A stretch of 64,000 nucleotides of DNA from Octopus vulgaris (Eukaryota), in contig OX597834.1 of the NCBI GenBank assembly GCA_951406725.2, positions 43,028,001-43,092,000 on the forward strand. Direction: 5' to 3'. The notes under the pieces are model-generated. The model was given only the letters and a program-made list of their open reading frames with translations, was not told where the DNA came from and ran no database searches. How positions within the stretch are numbered: position 1 is the first letter of the stretch; the number at the start of each line of letters is the position of its first letter. This document shows positions 1 through 13,813 of this stretch, in pieces. A program made the translations under genes and the position numbers.

Positions 1-1213
1 ATGAAACTGGTCTCTGTATATAGAAAATAGGAGAAGGTAGTGAGGATACTTTTGAATATAACAGTATGACTGAGTTAAAATGTCCCCGGGGTGTATTCTG
101 CAAACTAAATGCATAAACAGAAATGTTTGAGATTTGTAATATAATGAATTGTAAAATTTCGATCAACTGATAATATTCAAACAATTTTGGAAACATGAAA
201 AGAAATCGAAGGATGAAAACTCCTATTATCTCATTTAATTGAAATATTTAGACGTTCAGAAAAATATTGATTGGGTGGGATATAGGTTTAAACCAACAAA
301 CATATTCAAAATTTGTTGCGTATATTCAACGGTTATACTATATTTATTTCTCATTATTATCTTAAAACATAATGCTCATCTTACAATATTTAGAGTGGAC
401 AATATATGTAGAAGTAGCTGACGTGCAGTGAGATTGAATATGGATATCAATAATAACACATCGGAAAGCACCGTGGATATGAATGTTGTACGTACAAGAT
501 TTGTTTCAGAGAAGTCGATGTTTTAATATAACCTGCCAAAGAGTGAGCCTTATGCAATCCTGCCTGCTGTGCTGTGTATGGTTAGCACTTGATCACCAAT
601 CTATTCTTATTAGAACGACTGTATGTTTAGTGTATTTGAACAGATGTAACAAGAGGCGTAAAAATAACTTGGAAGAAATTTTTGTTTTAACGTATTAAAC
701 AGAGAAAATTTATACATGTGTCATGTTTATTGTTGCAACATGTTAATTCAGAAGGAAAGCTTCTGGCACTTGTTACAGAGGTATCGCACAATGTTACTGC
801 GAGCAATAAATAAATAAAATAAACTCGTTCGCAGCGTAATGAGGAGCATCTTATTTCAGAGGAAAAATGTTAGCCATCACGATATTATTACAGATGGACA
901 TCCAGGCAAGATATTGTTTGGTATGGATGTCCTGAGTTTCTGTATTGAAGGAATGAAACAGAAGACCATTGCGGCATTGACAACAAGACGTGACAAATAT
1001 GAAGGAGACCAAACCGTATAACGGTTGTCCAAATTCTTTAAAATGCAATTGAAAATGTTTTATTTAGATCCGTTTATTAAAAACGCTAATAACTAGCTTA
1101 ATAAGCATATCCAGTGCAGACAAGTATAATACTTGAAAAGAGCAATGTGTAAAATAATAAAATGTGAACGTGAATTTAAGTGTAGATATGCAGTACAAAA
1201 AAAAAATAATAAT

Positions 1214-1468
1214 GAATGCGCCCTTTTAAAGCCTAGCCAGGCTCATGGGCCTGGTTTCCCTGTTTCAGTGGCGTATGTGTTCTCTCCAGCTGGACGGGAC
1301 GCCAGTCTATCGCAGCGTTACTCATTTTTTTGCCAGCTGAGTGAACTGAAGCAACGTGAAATGAAGTGTTTTGCTCAAGAACACAACGCGTCGCCCGGTC
1401 CAGGAATCGAAACCACAATCTTACGATCATGATGCTGACATCCTGAACACGACGCCACGAGCCTTCAC
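1214..1468 (-). mobile_element. tRNA-derived SINE, group B1
   Basis: Minus strand begins GTGAAGGCTCGTGGCGTCGTG...GGTTTCGATTCC (A/B-box-like), then TGTGTTCTTGAGCAAAACACTTCATTTCACGTTGCT shared with the copy at 31392; ends in an (ATT)n tail. Confidence 0.8.
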
Positions 1469-1734
1469 ATCGCTCTTCTTGCATTATATTGCAAGTGAAT
1501 TGTTTATATATAAAAAAATATGTATATAAGTCGAAACAATTTCTTGGCTATTTTGTTATTCTAATACTTGTTAATGTTATCTTATATTATGTTTTATTCA
1601 TAGAATATTATGTTTCAATATAATTCAATTATTGGAGTGTCAATTGTATCTCTATTTAATTTCTTGCTTGTAATTTGAATTTTATTCATTTTTATGTGGT
1701 ACTCAACTGACGTAGCAGTGAATTGTATGTTTTA

Positions 1735-2254
<520 letters not shown>

Positions 2255-2472
2255 TGAGATAGGGGTTGTAAATGCAACCCTCTACATTCCTTTATGTATA
2301 CTGATTTGTTCTGCTTTTTATATTTAACCCTACAGTCTCTTATGCGGTGGTTTAATAAAGTATGTGATTGAGTATTATCTGGTAATTGATATTTGATTTA
2401 GATGTATTTCTCCATTTTCTTATCTTGTATATATACATATATATATATGTGTGTGTGTATGTGTGTGTGTGT

Positions 2473-2508
<36 letters not shown>

Positions 2509-3494
2509 GTATGTATGTGTATGTGTACGCATAAATGAGTACCTCTTTATATGTGCGGTAAATATCTGCGTGTTATATCGTTGATGCTTCCTTCAGCAAA
2601 TGAGGCCTTCCCAAAATTATGTAATTTTCTTAAAATGAGTTCTGTACCGATGGTTTAATTTTGCATTTACTTTAAAATTTGTCCTTTAAATTACACACCA
2701 ATTATATAAAAGTAGGAATTGTGATCGCTAGTAAAATGTCCATGGCAACTCTTTCTTAATGGCATAATATATAAAAGACGCAAAAACTTAAAATTATTTT
2801 TAATATCTTACAGATTTAAGGTTACAGCTTCCACCATTGTTGCCGTTTGGAACCACGTAATTCGAAAACGAAATACTTAATCACACAGAAAGCTCTGTCT
2901 ACGGCGATGTCAGCGAAAACTAACGAACAACTAGTTAAATAAATAAATGTCAAAAATACATACGATTCACATGTAACAATGAAATGACTCTTAATGTTTA
3001 ACCTTTTCCCGTTTCTGCAGAATTTGCAGTTTCCAATGATCTAGTTAAATCTATTTCTTTAGAAAGAATAATTAAACTCGCGTCAGAGAGGAAAGCTCAT
3101 TTAAGTTTTAACTTTAACAGCAAAGAAACACAGGAATATTGCTTTGGCGTTGTTCTTTGTTCTTTGTTCTTTTCTGCCGTACAATTTGCAACAGACACAC
3201 ACGCGCACGCACCAACACATATACACACACATGCACACATACGTACACACACTTGAAACCAAGTCTAACACATAAAGTTTGTTGTATCTAATGTTTATTT
3301 CAACATGTTTCGTGATTGTTTGTTGTTTCTTTGTTGTTTTTTTTTGTCTTTTGTTTTGTTTCAACAATGGTTTTCTTACTCCACAATAAGCTAATATACG
3401 ATTCTCTTTGTCTATGATTAATGTTGTTAATTATTTTTTTAGTACCCAAGTCTTGTATGCAACTGAGAAATGGCGAAAAATATGTGTGCGTGTC

Positions 3495-3578
<84 letters not shown>

Positions 3579-3588
3579 TATATATACG

Positions 3589-3638
<50 letters not shown>

Positions 3639-3790
3639 TATATATATATACATGTGTATATATATGTATGTATATATGTATATATATACATATATATATA
3701 CACACACACACACATATATATATATATATGTGTGTATATATATATATATATAGGTATATGTATATATACACGTGTATACATATATAAAAC
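3495..3790. repeat. (TA)n/(CA)n compound microsatellite
   Basis: Directly visible. Confidence 0.95.
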
Positions 3791-4450
3791 CGATTGTATA
3801 AAGCTATGCGAATGGATATTGCATATAATATGCATTGCATGCACGTGTGCAATCAATTTGTGTTTTGTGTGTTATGGCTTCATCTGTGTGTATGTGCGTG
3901 TGTTGTGTTAAAACGCTGTGTGCATGCGTACGGGAGCGTGTGTATATGTATATGTGTATGTGTGTGAGAATGTAGCACTCTTCCTGTAGGTGCGTGTGGT
4001 GTTTTTCTGTGCAAACATATGAGCTTTGTGACTCAGATTCATTATTATATACAGATATATATATATATCAATATTTATGTTAACTGCGTAACATTTAATT
4101 GAAGAAAAAAAAAAGAATCCGGTTCCACTCATGTCGGATTATTCTCACAAAGCACATACGCATGCACGAGGGGATCGATTTCGAGATCGAACCGAGAACG
4201 CTGCATTTCTGCTGCTTAGACGATCAAGTTTGTTGCAACGACTGAGAACATTGATAACAGTTTGTTTTGTTTTTCGGATGGATTGAGTTGGAAACGGAAT
4301 AGAAGTCAGCAGGAAAACAGGTGGAATGAATACCGTAAGGTATCACATCCAAAGCATTAAATATCCTTGTGATTCACCACTGGGCACTGATACTTTTATT
4401 GGTCGAGGTTGAAAAAAAAAACAGTTAAAGTTGTTCTCGGTGTAGATAGA

Positions 4451-4711
4451 GAGATAGATAGATAGATATGTTTCATTATTAGCCACACAGAACTAAACAC
4501 AGGGGGGGACATATTACAAAGTAGGGGGGTTCGATCAAAAGGGATCGTAAAAGAGAAAGAAAAAAATGAAAAGAAACAAAAAGGAAAAGAAAAAAAGATC
4601 GTGTATCACAGAAATGTCATGATGTAAAGTGTAAAGGAGGAAGCAGATAAGGTTTATCCGTGGGAAGAAAAGCCTACGGAAAAGACCACGGTAACTTCGG
4701 TCAATAATGTT
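4451..4711 (-). mobile_element. 5'-truncated non-LTR retrotransposon (LINE-like) 3' end with (TATC)n tail and TSD
   Basis: Flanked by direct repeat GGTGTAGATAGA (4439-4450, 4712-4723); minus strand is pyrimidine-rich and ends TGTCCCCCCCTGTGTTTAGTTCTGTGTGGCTAATAATGAAACATA(TC/TATC)n; no tRNA head. Confidence 0.65.
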
Positions 4712-4759
4712 GGTGTAGATAGATAGATAGATAAATAAAGTGATAGTTAGATAGATACA

Positions 4760-5439
4760 TCTTTCTAAGCCAGTAAGAGTTATCTTTAAGTGCGGAAAAT
4801 GTGTATTATGAATGTGGCGCTCCTGTGGGGAATGAGTGTGTGATATGTGTAATGGTGTCTTATACATAATATTTCCGAGAGATATAGGTATATATAGCAG
4901 TGTCCGTTGGACTGTTTCCTTTCATTTAGGGATCAAGTCGTGGGTCTTTATGCTAGCGTGCGGTATGTAATGTGCATGTGGGCGATATATGTATATGTGG
5001 GGGTTCAATTTGTGTGGATGCGTAGTGTTGGGTGTGGTCTATTTTGTGGTGTGTCCGCCATATAAGGGTTCGCGTGTGTGTACATGGATGCATTGGTGTG
5101 TACTTTGGTAAAACTCTTTGCTGGGTTGTATTTGGGCTCCATTTTGCGTGTGTATACACATGTGTGCTGTGGTGTATGTGTTGGTCAAATTCTTTGCAGG
5201 GCCCGAGGGCATTGGTGGAAGGCGGAGGCCGGGAACGTGGTTGCAGTCATGATGAGGCGCGCAGGTTCGATAGGATGTACTTCCTTTCATGTGGGCAAGG
5301 GATAAGCACCTCACTCCTGCTATTCAAGTAAAAATCCGGGCCTTCGGTACCCTTTAGAATTGTTCTCTGCTCAGCCATGCCTAACTTGCAATTCCTGCTG
5401 CTGTTGAAGTGCGGTTTGCATATTCTCAGGACCTTCCAC
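4760..5439 (-). mobile_element. Penelope-like element (PLE) 3' remnant: GIY-YIG endonuclease C-terminus plus 3' region
   Basis: ORF 5247-5675(-) ends WKVLRICKPHFNSSRNCKLGMAEQRTILKG...YLNSRSEVLIPCPHERKYILSN, matching the PLE C-terminal pattern W.IL...PY...S..C.LC..EK..I...LN.RSE....C.H..K..L. Confidence 0.75.
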
Positions 5440-5651
5440 TCGCAGGTGAGCTGCAAGATGCAGGAGGAAAGAGTGGGAGAAAGTTGTGGCGAAAGAGTCA
5501 GAAGAAGTTCTCCCTTACCTTCTGCCGGAGCCGCGTGGAGCTTAGGTGTTTCGCTCATAAACACACACACATCGAGACTGGTCTGAGATTCGAAACCGCA
5601 ATCCGTCGACCGCGAGTCCGCTGCTTTTTCCACTAGACCATGTGTCTCCAC
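5440..5651 (-). mobile_element. tRNA-derived SINE, group B2 (5' part only, joined to PLE)
   Basis: Head GTGGAGACACATGGTCTAGTGG...GGTTTCGAATCTC; body homologous to 26690-26877. Confidence 0.8.
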
Positions 5652-5993
5652 ATATTTAGAATTACTACTCGTCAAATGACATTTCCTGCATGGCCTAAAT
5701 AATTATCAACAGAATAGCTTAATTCTGCATACCTCCTCTGCATATTTAAATTGTTCTGTAGTAGTTTACGTGGGACAAGAGAATAAGTATCATTCTACCA
5801 TTCTAGCATGATCTGATAATAAGTACGATTTCTATGCAGGTCTGTTGAAATACCTCCCTTCTCTTATACTGATCAAGTATTGTTCGCTTTAATACAATCT
5901 ATCACCCTTACAATGTTGTCTATTTTAAGCAGTGTAGTATAGATTTGATAAGCACTAACCAATTAAGCCATTGTCGGACTGTACGCACGCACA

Positions 5994-6038
<45 letters not shown>

Positions 6039-6203
6039 GGGGGGATATATATATATATATATATGTATGAAAAATTAATTAATGACTGTGCGGTACATAA
6101 GTATTATTTTCAGGATTAAATAAAAGGTCAACGGAAAATATGACGTAACTTTTGTGTGTTCATATATATATATATACATACATATACATATATATATATA
6201 TAA

Positions 6204-6241
<38 letters not shown>

Positions 6242-6242
6242 C

Positions 6243-6308
<66 letters not shown>

Positions 6309-6346
6309 AGACCTCCATATCAGATAAATAGAGGTTTATTTATATA

Positions 6347-6581
<235 letters not shown>

Positions 6582-6584
6582 GAT

Positions 6585-6621
<37 letters not shown>

Positions 6622-6668
6622 GAGAGAGAGAGGGTGTGAGAGAAAGAGCTATATATATATATATAGTC

Positions 6669-6711
<43 letters not shown>

Positions 6712-6809
6712 GGCAGAGTTAATACCTCTGATCGTTAACCAGTTTCTCATATCCATGGTCTCACTGTCTCTCTTCCTCTCGTTCTTTTCCAGTTTTCTCT
6801 CAGTCTACG

Positions 6810-7150
6810 TCTATGAAATTAATTTTCCATTAATCAGTGAGTGAGCGCGCATAATATAAAGTAAGGCAATTTTTAAACAGACACTCAGTTAGAAGCATTC
6901 GATCACATCAACTGTGAACAATGAAGCTGACTGGAATCTATGGTATTTAGAGATGTCAGTGAAAAGCACTTAATTGTTGACCCGGCTAATTTTGGAGTGT
7001 ATATTTATAAATCAACATCATTAATATAAATGATGGATGGACTTCATTTCCAATATTCTTGGTAATCTGACGTCATCATTTGTCAGGAAAAAATTTTGTT
7101 GCATTTAACGACTTTCTGTGTTGCCTTGTGAAGATGCGGTATTCTCTTTC
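6810..7150. promoter_or_regulatory. Candidate enhancer-like unique island
   Basis: Complex non-repeat sequence with TGATGGATGG (7031-7040), TTGATTTATAAA on the minus strand (7004-7015), TGACGTCA (7068-7075) and several TAAT cores. Motif evidence only. Confidence 0.25.
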
Positions 7151-7176
7151 GTTTTGCTGGTACGTTTTATTTAACA

Positions 7177-7221
<45 letters not shown>

Positions 7222-7271
7222 ATTTATCTATCTATTTATCTAACTAACTATCTATCTATCTATTTATCTAT

Positions 7272-7391
7272 TTGCTTACCAACGACATGGATCCGGGTTC
7301 ATTCCCATTGCCTGGCACCTTGGGCAAGTGCTTTCCACTATAGTCTCGGGCCGACCAAAGTCTTGTGAGTGGACTTGGTAGATGGAAACTG
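7272..7391 (+). mobile_element. SINE group A, 5' fragment
   Basis: GGGTTCATTCCCATTGCCTGGCACCTTGGGCAAGTG...GGTAGATGGAAACTG matches the full copy at 44173. Confidence 0.85.
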
Positions 7392-7407
7392 TACGTTATT
7401 TAAACAT

Positions 7408-7455
7408 ATCTGTCTATCTATCTATCCTTCTGTCTGTCTGTCTGTCCATCCATCC

Positions 7456-7531
<76 letters not shown>

Positions 7532-7634
7532 GTCTATGTATGTATGTATGTATGTATGTATGTATGTATGTATGTATGTATCTATCTATCTATCTATCTG
7601 TCTATGTGTATGTATGTATGTATGTATGTATCTA

Positions 7635-7692
<58 letters not shown>

Positions 7693-7705
7693 CATCTATC
7701 TATGT
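7408..7705. repeat. (TATC)n/(TATG)n tetranucleotide microsatellite
   Basis: Directly visible; source of SIYL/VCMY ORFs. Similar tracts at 22104-22325 and 36509-36632. Confidence 0.95.
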
Positions 7706-8673
7706 AGTTTGCTATGTATCAGTCCGTCTGCCTGCTTGTCCGTTTCTCTCTCTCTCTCTCTTTCTCGCTCTCTCTGCGTATTAATTTCTTTCGCTCTCTG
7801 TTTATCTTCTGTAAGTTGATCTACCTATTCATCTACCCTATCTACCAATGTATCTAAATACAAGTTGATTTATATATATATATGTGTATATGAATAATTA
7901 TGCAATTATGTGTGCATATATGTATGCGTGTATTTAGGTATGTATGCGTGCATATATGTATATATGTATGTGTGGATGGATGAATGGATCAATGGATTGA
8001 TAGATTGCTGGATAGGTGGTTGGATAGATGGAGGCGCCCTGCACTCACTTGCTTGTGGTTACTACGTCGGTAAACCCGCACACACGCAGCAAACACGCAA
8101 GTACACTCACAAAGAAATCACAAATACACACACACACAGACACACAGAGGCACACAAATGCACACACAAACACACACGCACGCACACACACACACGCATA
8201 CACACACGCATACATACACGCACAAACATCTTTATTGGGGAAATTTCCCAAGTGTATCCTCTGCGTCAGTAACATGTAGTTAAGTTTAGGCTCACTTAAT
8301 TAATGCAGTGAGCCGGAAATAATTTTTAATCAAGCGAAATTACTCTCATACTTAAAAGAAACGTCATTAGTGTAATGTAATCCACGTACAAAGACCCCCC
8401 CCCCCAAAAAAAAACAACAACAAAATAAACAGGGGTTGAAATATCCGACATTTCAATTAATCAATAGCTAAGAGGATATATGCAGGTGGGTGAGTTAGTC
8501 TTATCTCTGACATCTTTGGTGGCAATAATGAATATATTTGGGTCTTATTAAACCTTCGGAGCTCTTGCAGAGTTAACATAAAACCACTAAAGAAGGGCAT
8601 GACGATGGGTGTGTCGGAGTCAATCACTCTCTCTCTCTCTCTCTTTGTATACATATATATATATATATGTATA

Positions 8674-8895
8674 TTCTTTCTTTTACTCTTTATTCTTTTA
8701 TTTGTTTCAGTCACATGACTGCAGCCATGCTGGAGCACCGTCTTTAGTCGAACAAATCGATCCCCAGGACTTCTTCTTTGTGTAAGCCTAGTACTCATTC
8801 TATCGGTCTCTTTTGCCGAACCGCTAATTGACGGGGCCCTAAACACACCTACATCGGTTGTCAAACGATGGTGGGGGAAACAAACACAGACAAAA
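8674..8895 (-). mobile_element. SINE group A, 3' half
   Basis: TTTCAGTCACATGACTGCAGCCATGCTGGAGCACCG...CATCGGTTGTCAAACGATG is the reverse complement of the 3' half of 44173-44594. Confidence 0.9.
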
Positions 8896-8964
8896 ATAAC
8901 AAACACACACATACATACATATACATATATATATATGTATGTATGCATGCATATAAATAAATAA

Positions 8965-9020
<56 letters not shown>

Positions 9021-9025
<5 letters not shown>

Positions 9026-9288
9026 AACTCAGAACATAGCGGCAGACGAAATACCCATTTCTTCATTACCCACAAGGGGCTAAACATAGAGGGGACAAAC
9101 AAGGACAGACATCATTATTAAGTCGATTATATCGATCCCAGTGCGTAACTGGTACTTAATTTATCGATCCCGAAAGGATGAAAGGCAAAGTCGACCTCGG
9201 CGGAATTTGAACTCAGTACGTAAATACAGACGAAATACCGCTAAACATTTCGCCCGACGTGCTAACGTTTCTGCCAGCTCACCGCCTT
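9021..9288 (-). mobile_element. tRNA-derived SINE, group C, with partial second internal unit
   Basis: Head AAGGCGGTGAGCTGGCAGAAACGTTAGCACG, B-box GAGTTCAAATTCC, core GCCTTTCATCCTTTCGGGATCGATAAATTAAGTACCAG (resembles the MetaSINE-type central domain). Confidence 0.9.
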
Positions 9289-10069
9289 AAAGATTTCCGA
9301 ATAAATAAAATAGCTGAAATTTATGAGTCATATTAATCAATAATATAACAATAAAAGCGTTAAAATAATCCTGTCACACCCTCCCTAAACTGTAAAGAGT
9401 AGAAACGAATCATAATGAGCTATAACAGGAAAAGTTTGTACGTTTGATTTTAGGAATCGGTAGTCCAGCGCCCATTGGCATCATGTTAAATATGACAGAG
9501 AAAGAAAACAATTCAGGGGAAACTAGCGAGGAATCTGCGGAGATATAACAATTGACTTTAGCTTTACATTTGATTTATAACTGATTATTGGGTCAATTTG
9601 CTATGTTAGTACATTTACATGTGCTTATGATAAATGTATCTATGATGCATGTATTTATGATAAATTCAAACAGTCTGAGAATGTCACATCATATTTAAGC
9701 AACAGTATCTAAACAGTAAGCGTTGAAAGGCATCTATTGGAAAATCTGAGACAAACTGTATCATAATTGAAGAACTGGCATATACGTTTAGGGATGCTGC
9801 GCAGATGTACACAGATGTCCTCAGCTCAACTCTTGAAAATTTGCGATTCACAAAGGTTGCGGTTAATGAGATTTCAATAACAAACCTTTAATAAAATTGT
9901 GGAAGCATGTAAAACAATTATGGAAAGTTAGCTTGTAGCATCTACATGTATAGGCATACATTTCCCCATGGAATAAATTAGTTTTGAAATGTAGAAAGTC
10001 ACAGATGCAATGACACGAACACATTCATATGTACGGACATCTCTCACTCACGCACTCTCTCTCTCTCTC

Positions 10070-10134
<65 letters not shown>

Positions 10135-10343
10135 GGTACTTGTAAACATGAATATAAATAAAAGCTAACTAGTTCGTAATGTCTAATTTCGAATGAAACT
10201 GTCTTCCAGAACGGAAACTGTCTTGCTTCCATGCACTGTAACCCTTGCGAATTTTAATAATTAAACTTAAACACACAGGGACGCACAGATCACAAATGCA
10301 CCCCCACACATAATTATATACTTATTTACATATATATATACAT

Positions 10344-10397
<54 letters not shown>

Positions 10398-11590
10398 ATC
10401 TATCTATCTATCTATCTATATATATATATATATATATATATATTTCCATTACTGGTACTGTTAGCACATTTTAGAATAGTTGGATGTACTAAAGATAAAA
10501 TTCGCTCCAGTAAACCTTGCAAAATGATGTCATTAAATCCTGCACGTTGATGGCATTAAAAGAAGTCTTTCACAGTATTTAGTGATATCAAGAGATTTTG
10601 TATCAAGACCAGCAACTCGGAAAATACGTTGTATTCCGTTCCACTATTTTTATGCATTTGGGACTACTTTTCCCCCCAAAAAACGTTGTTTCTCTTAAGG
10701 CGTTTGGGTGTTGTGTGATAAAGGTTTTGTTGCTGTATCTTCGTCAGCGATCGCTATTGACGCGTAGAGTTTCTTCCGAATATATTCATAGCTGCTTCAT
10801 AACATTTTGATCCTTGACCAATTTTCCAAACAAGAGAAAGAGAGGGACAGCGAGTGTGAAAAAGAGGGAGAGAGAGAGAGAGAGTGTGTGAGAGAGAGAG
10901 TGGAACATTGACTAAAACTGAGAGAGATACAGATCGGTCGCTGTGACATAACGGATATGAAAATGGCATCCGTCATGAAGAGCACATTAGCAATTGCACT
11001 GTATTTGCAAATCTTAAAATATGTTCTCCTATTATTTAAACAAATTTAAGATGAAATCATATTATGGTGCCGGATTAATTAAGATAGAATAAACAATTAA
11101 ATTGGAAATTAATAAAATCAAAAAAATCAAAGGAGGTTTAGTCTCGGCTGAGAATAATTATTTTCGTGATAGCATCCATAAATTCCTTAACTGGAGCTTT
11201 GGCCTGATCTGTTCTTTGTTTAAATCCTGTTAAAAGATTTAGCACTAAGAATGCTTGATATAATTAAACGAAAGCATCCATTTCACTTCTCGTTGGATGA
11301 TGATTAGTAACGATCGGCAATGACAGTGTTTAAGTGTGTACTAACAAATGATATGGACAGGCGTTAATGGCTAAATATCAGTAGCTATAAATCATGATAA
11401 TCCTTTCGGAAGAACTTCACTACAGATAATCGTTAACCATTTCCACTAATCCTTTGATGGCAGGTAATTTCTTGCAGGCTAGCAACATAGGGAAGTTAAT
11501 TAGATCTTTGACAATGTCGGCAGAGGTCAAATAAGATAATGTTTAATAGGTTTGTTCACGCATTTAATCAGACGCTTTTGAAAGAAAGGA

Positions 11591-11626
<36 letters not shown>

Positions 11627-11703
11627 GGAGTTGTGATTGTTTGTACAGAGGAATGAGTGGTCACGATTAAAGCTTTATGAAACGTTCTAACAGATCAATA
11701 GTA

Positions 11704-11754
<51 letters not shown>

Positions 11755-12124
11755 TAGTGATTAATAAAGCAAAGAGTTTATGGAGAATGCTATTATAAAA
11801 TTCAGAGATAAGATTTCCGGAAACAAACAAGGCTTAAGCGGTTTCGATACTCACAGCTGTCATTTCTTTTCACTTACGACGCTAATTCATTTGGAATAAA
11901 CGGCAACATCATATTAACTTGTTTTTTCAATTTTTTTTTCCTTCTTTAAGGAGGAAAACAGAAATATCAAAACATATCAATTATGAAGTATCGTTTGGCT
12001 ATATCAGAATTCAGACTTAAACATAAGCAACCACGTACATAGATGTGTGTATGTGTGTGTGTGTCGATTTATACCTGCGTGTGAATATATACACACACAG
12101 ATACATATACATACACACACATAT

Positions 12125-12552
12125 ACTCTCTTACTTGTTTCAGTCATTTGACAGCGGCTATGCTGGAGCACCGCCTTTAGTCGAGGAAATCGACGCCAGG
12201 ACTTATTCTTTGTAAGCCTAGTACATATTCTATCGCTCTCTTTTGCCGAACAGGTAAGTTACGGGGACGTAAACACACCAGCATCGGTTGTTAAGCAATG
12301 TTGGTGGTGGGGACAAACACAGACACACAAAAACACATACACACGCTTGCATACACACATATAAACACACACACATATATATACATGTACATATATACGA
12401 CGGGCTTCTTTCAGTTTCCGGCTACCAAATCCACTCACAAGTCTTAGGTCGGCCCGAGTCTATAGTAGAAGACTCTTGCCCAAGGTGACACGCAGTGGGT
12501 CTGAACCCGGAAACATGTAGTTCGTAAGCAGGCTATTTACCACACACCCACC
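12125..12552 (-). mobile_element. SINE group A, near full length
   Basis: Colinear with 44173-44594, including the internal CA/TA microsatellite. Confidence 0.92.
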
Positions 12553-12620
12553 ATCTATATGTACATGTATATACATATACGGGGTGGCAACGCTAAGCAG
12601 TCATGTGTATAAATACTTGG

Positions 12621-12795
12621 TTATTGTCAGTTACAATACGGTTGAGGCTTATTTGAACCCGTAAAAAAACCCATTCTCAGTGGTTTTTCATGGGAAAAAA
12701 ATGCTGACAGTCAGACATTTTCTCCATAGAAACACAAAGTCAATAGCTTTCTTACGGGTTCAAATAGGTCTCAACTATATTTCAACTGCTAATAA
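12621..12795. mobile_element. Palindromic MITE (same family as 54642-54912)
   Basis: GTTGAGGCTTATTTGAACCCGTAA pairs with TTACGGGTTCAAATAGGTCTCAAC; imperfect arms of about 85-100 bp centred near 12709. Confidence 0.75.
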
Positions 12796-12830
12796 ACTTG
12801 TATATATAACCTGGGGCTCACAACTATTTA

Positions 12831-12996
12831 GGCGCAGGAATGGCTGTGTGGTATGTAGCTTGCTTACCAACCACATGCCTCCAGGTTCAGTGCCACTGCG
12901 TGGAAACTTGGGCAAGTATCTTCTGCTATTGCCTCGTGGCGTCCGAAGTCTTGTGGTATGGAGTTGGTAGACGGAAACTGCAAGAAGTGCGTCGTA
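12831..12996 (+). mobile_element. SINE group A, 5' half
   Basis: GGCGCAGGAATGGCTGTGTGGT (A-box) ... GGTTCAGTGCC (B-box) ... GACGGAAACTG. Confidence 0.9.
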
Positions 12997-13252
12997 TATA
13001 TATATATATGTAGAGAGAGAGAGAGAGAGAGAGCGAGAGCGAGGGCTCTTCATTAGGCCTTGGACCTAACCATGACACTTCATGCATTGAGTAGATATTA
13101 AATTTTATCAAACTTGAGCAAAATTTTTCAAGCAATGAACAATTTTCATCAAAACTATGATAAAATTTGTCGACTTGGAACTTGTTTCACAGCTGCATAA
13201 TAAACAATGTTTGTTGTCTTTCCGTTCGTCGGTCAGTACACTCTATCTACAC

Positions 13253-13309
<57 letters not shown>

Positions 13310-13575
13310 CTTCTCTCTCTCTCTCTTTCTTTTGATTGTTTTCAACCATCATCATCACCAGTACCACCACCATCGCCACCAGAATTGCCATACACACAAC
13401 ATTCAGACTTCTGACGCTAACATCATCAATACCTTTCACTTCACCATCTTCCACTCCGCCATCATCACCACTGTCTTTCACATCGTTTACTCTCGCCATC
13501 ATCCCTGATGGAAGAATGAAAGTAGACGTGAGTTATGCAGGGACATTGTATCTTCAGCTCCCTTATTTAAGCAGA

Positions 13576-13612
<37 letters not shown>

Positions 13613-13627
13613 GTTATATAAGTATTT

Positions 13628-13813
13628 ATAGCCACTACACACATTTTTTGCTCTCCTTGTTTCTTCCTTGTTTTTTTCTGTGTCCCTTTCTGCGGAAGAC
13701 CGTAGGTTTGAAACGTAAAAGACTTTTTTCTATTCCTGAGCGTTATACTAATACATCTGTTTGTTTTGTACACCACCTGTCTTCGTCTTTTGTTTTTTTC
13801 GTAAACTCTCCCT
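13628..13813 (+). mobile_element. Short PLE-like non-autonomous repeat, family D, with degenerate hammerhead fold (13684-13722)
   Basis: Homologous to 31714-31897 and 44005-44156; contains CTTT CTGCGGA AGACCGTAGGTTT GAAA CGTA AAAG. Confidence 0.7.

Noticed and set aside
420-1050. Possible very old Tc1/mariner transposase (VWLALDHQSILI resembles VWCAL..GIIG)
   Set aside because: No catalytic motifs or TIRs recoverable by eye.
13503-13578. CUGAAGA UACA..UGCA hammerhead relic on the minus strand; similar relics at 20280-20330, 33868-33897, 43650-43685 and 56100-56145
   Set aside because: GAAA or CUGANGA core missing, or stems unpaired; too degenerate to call.
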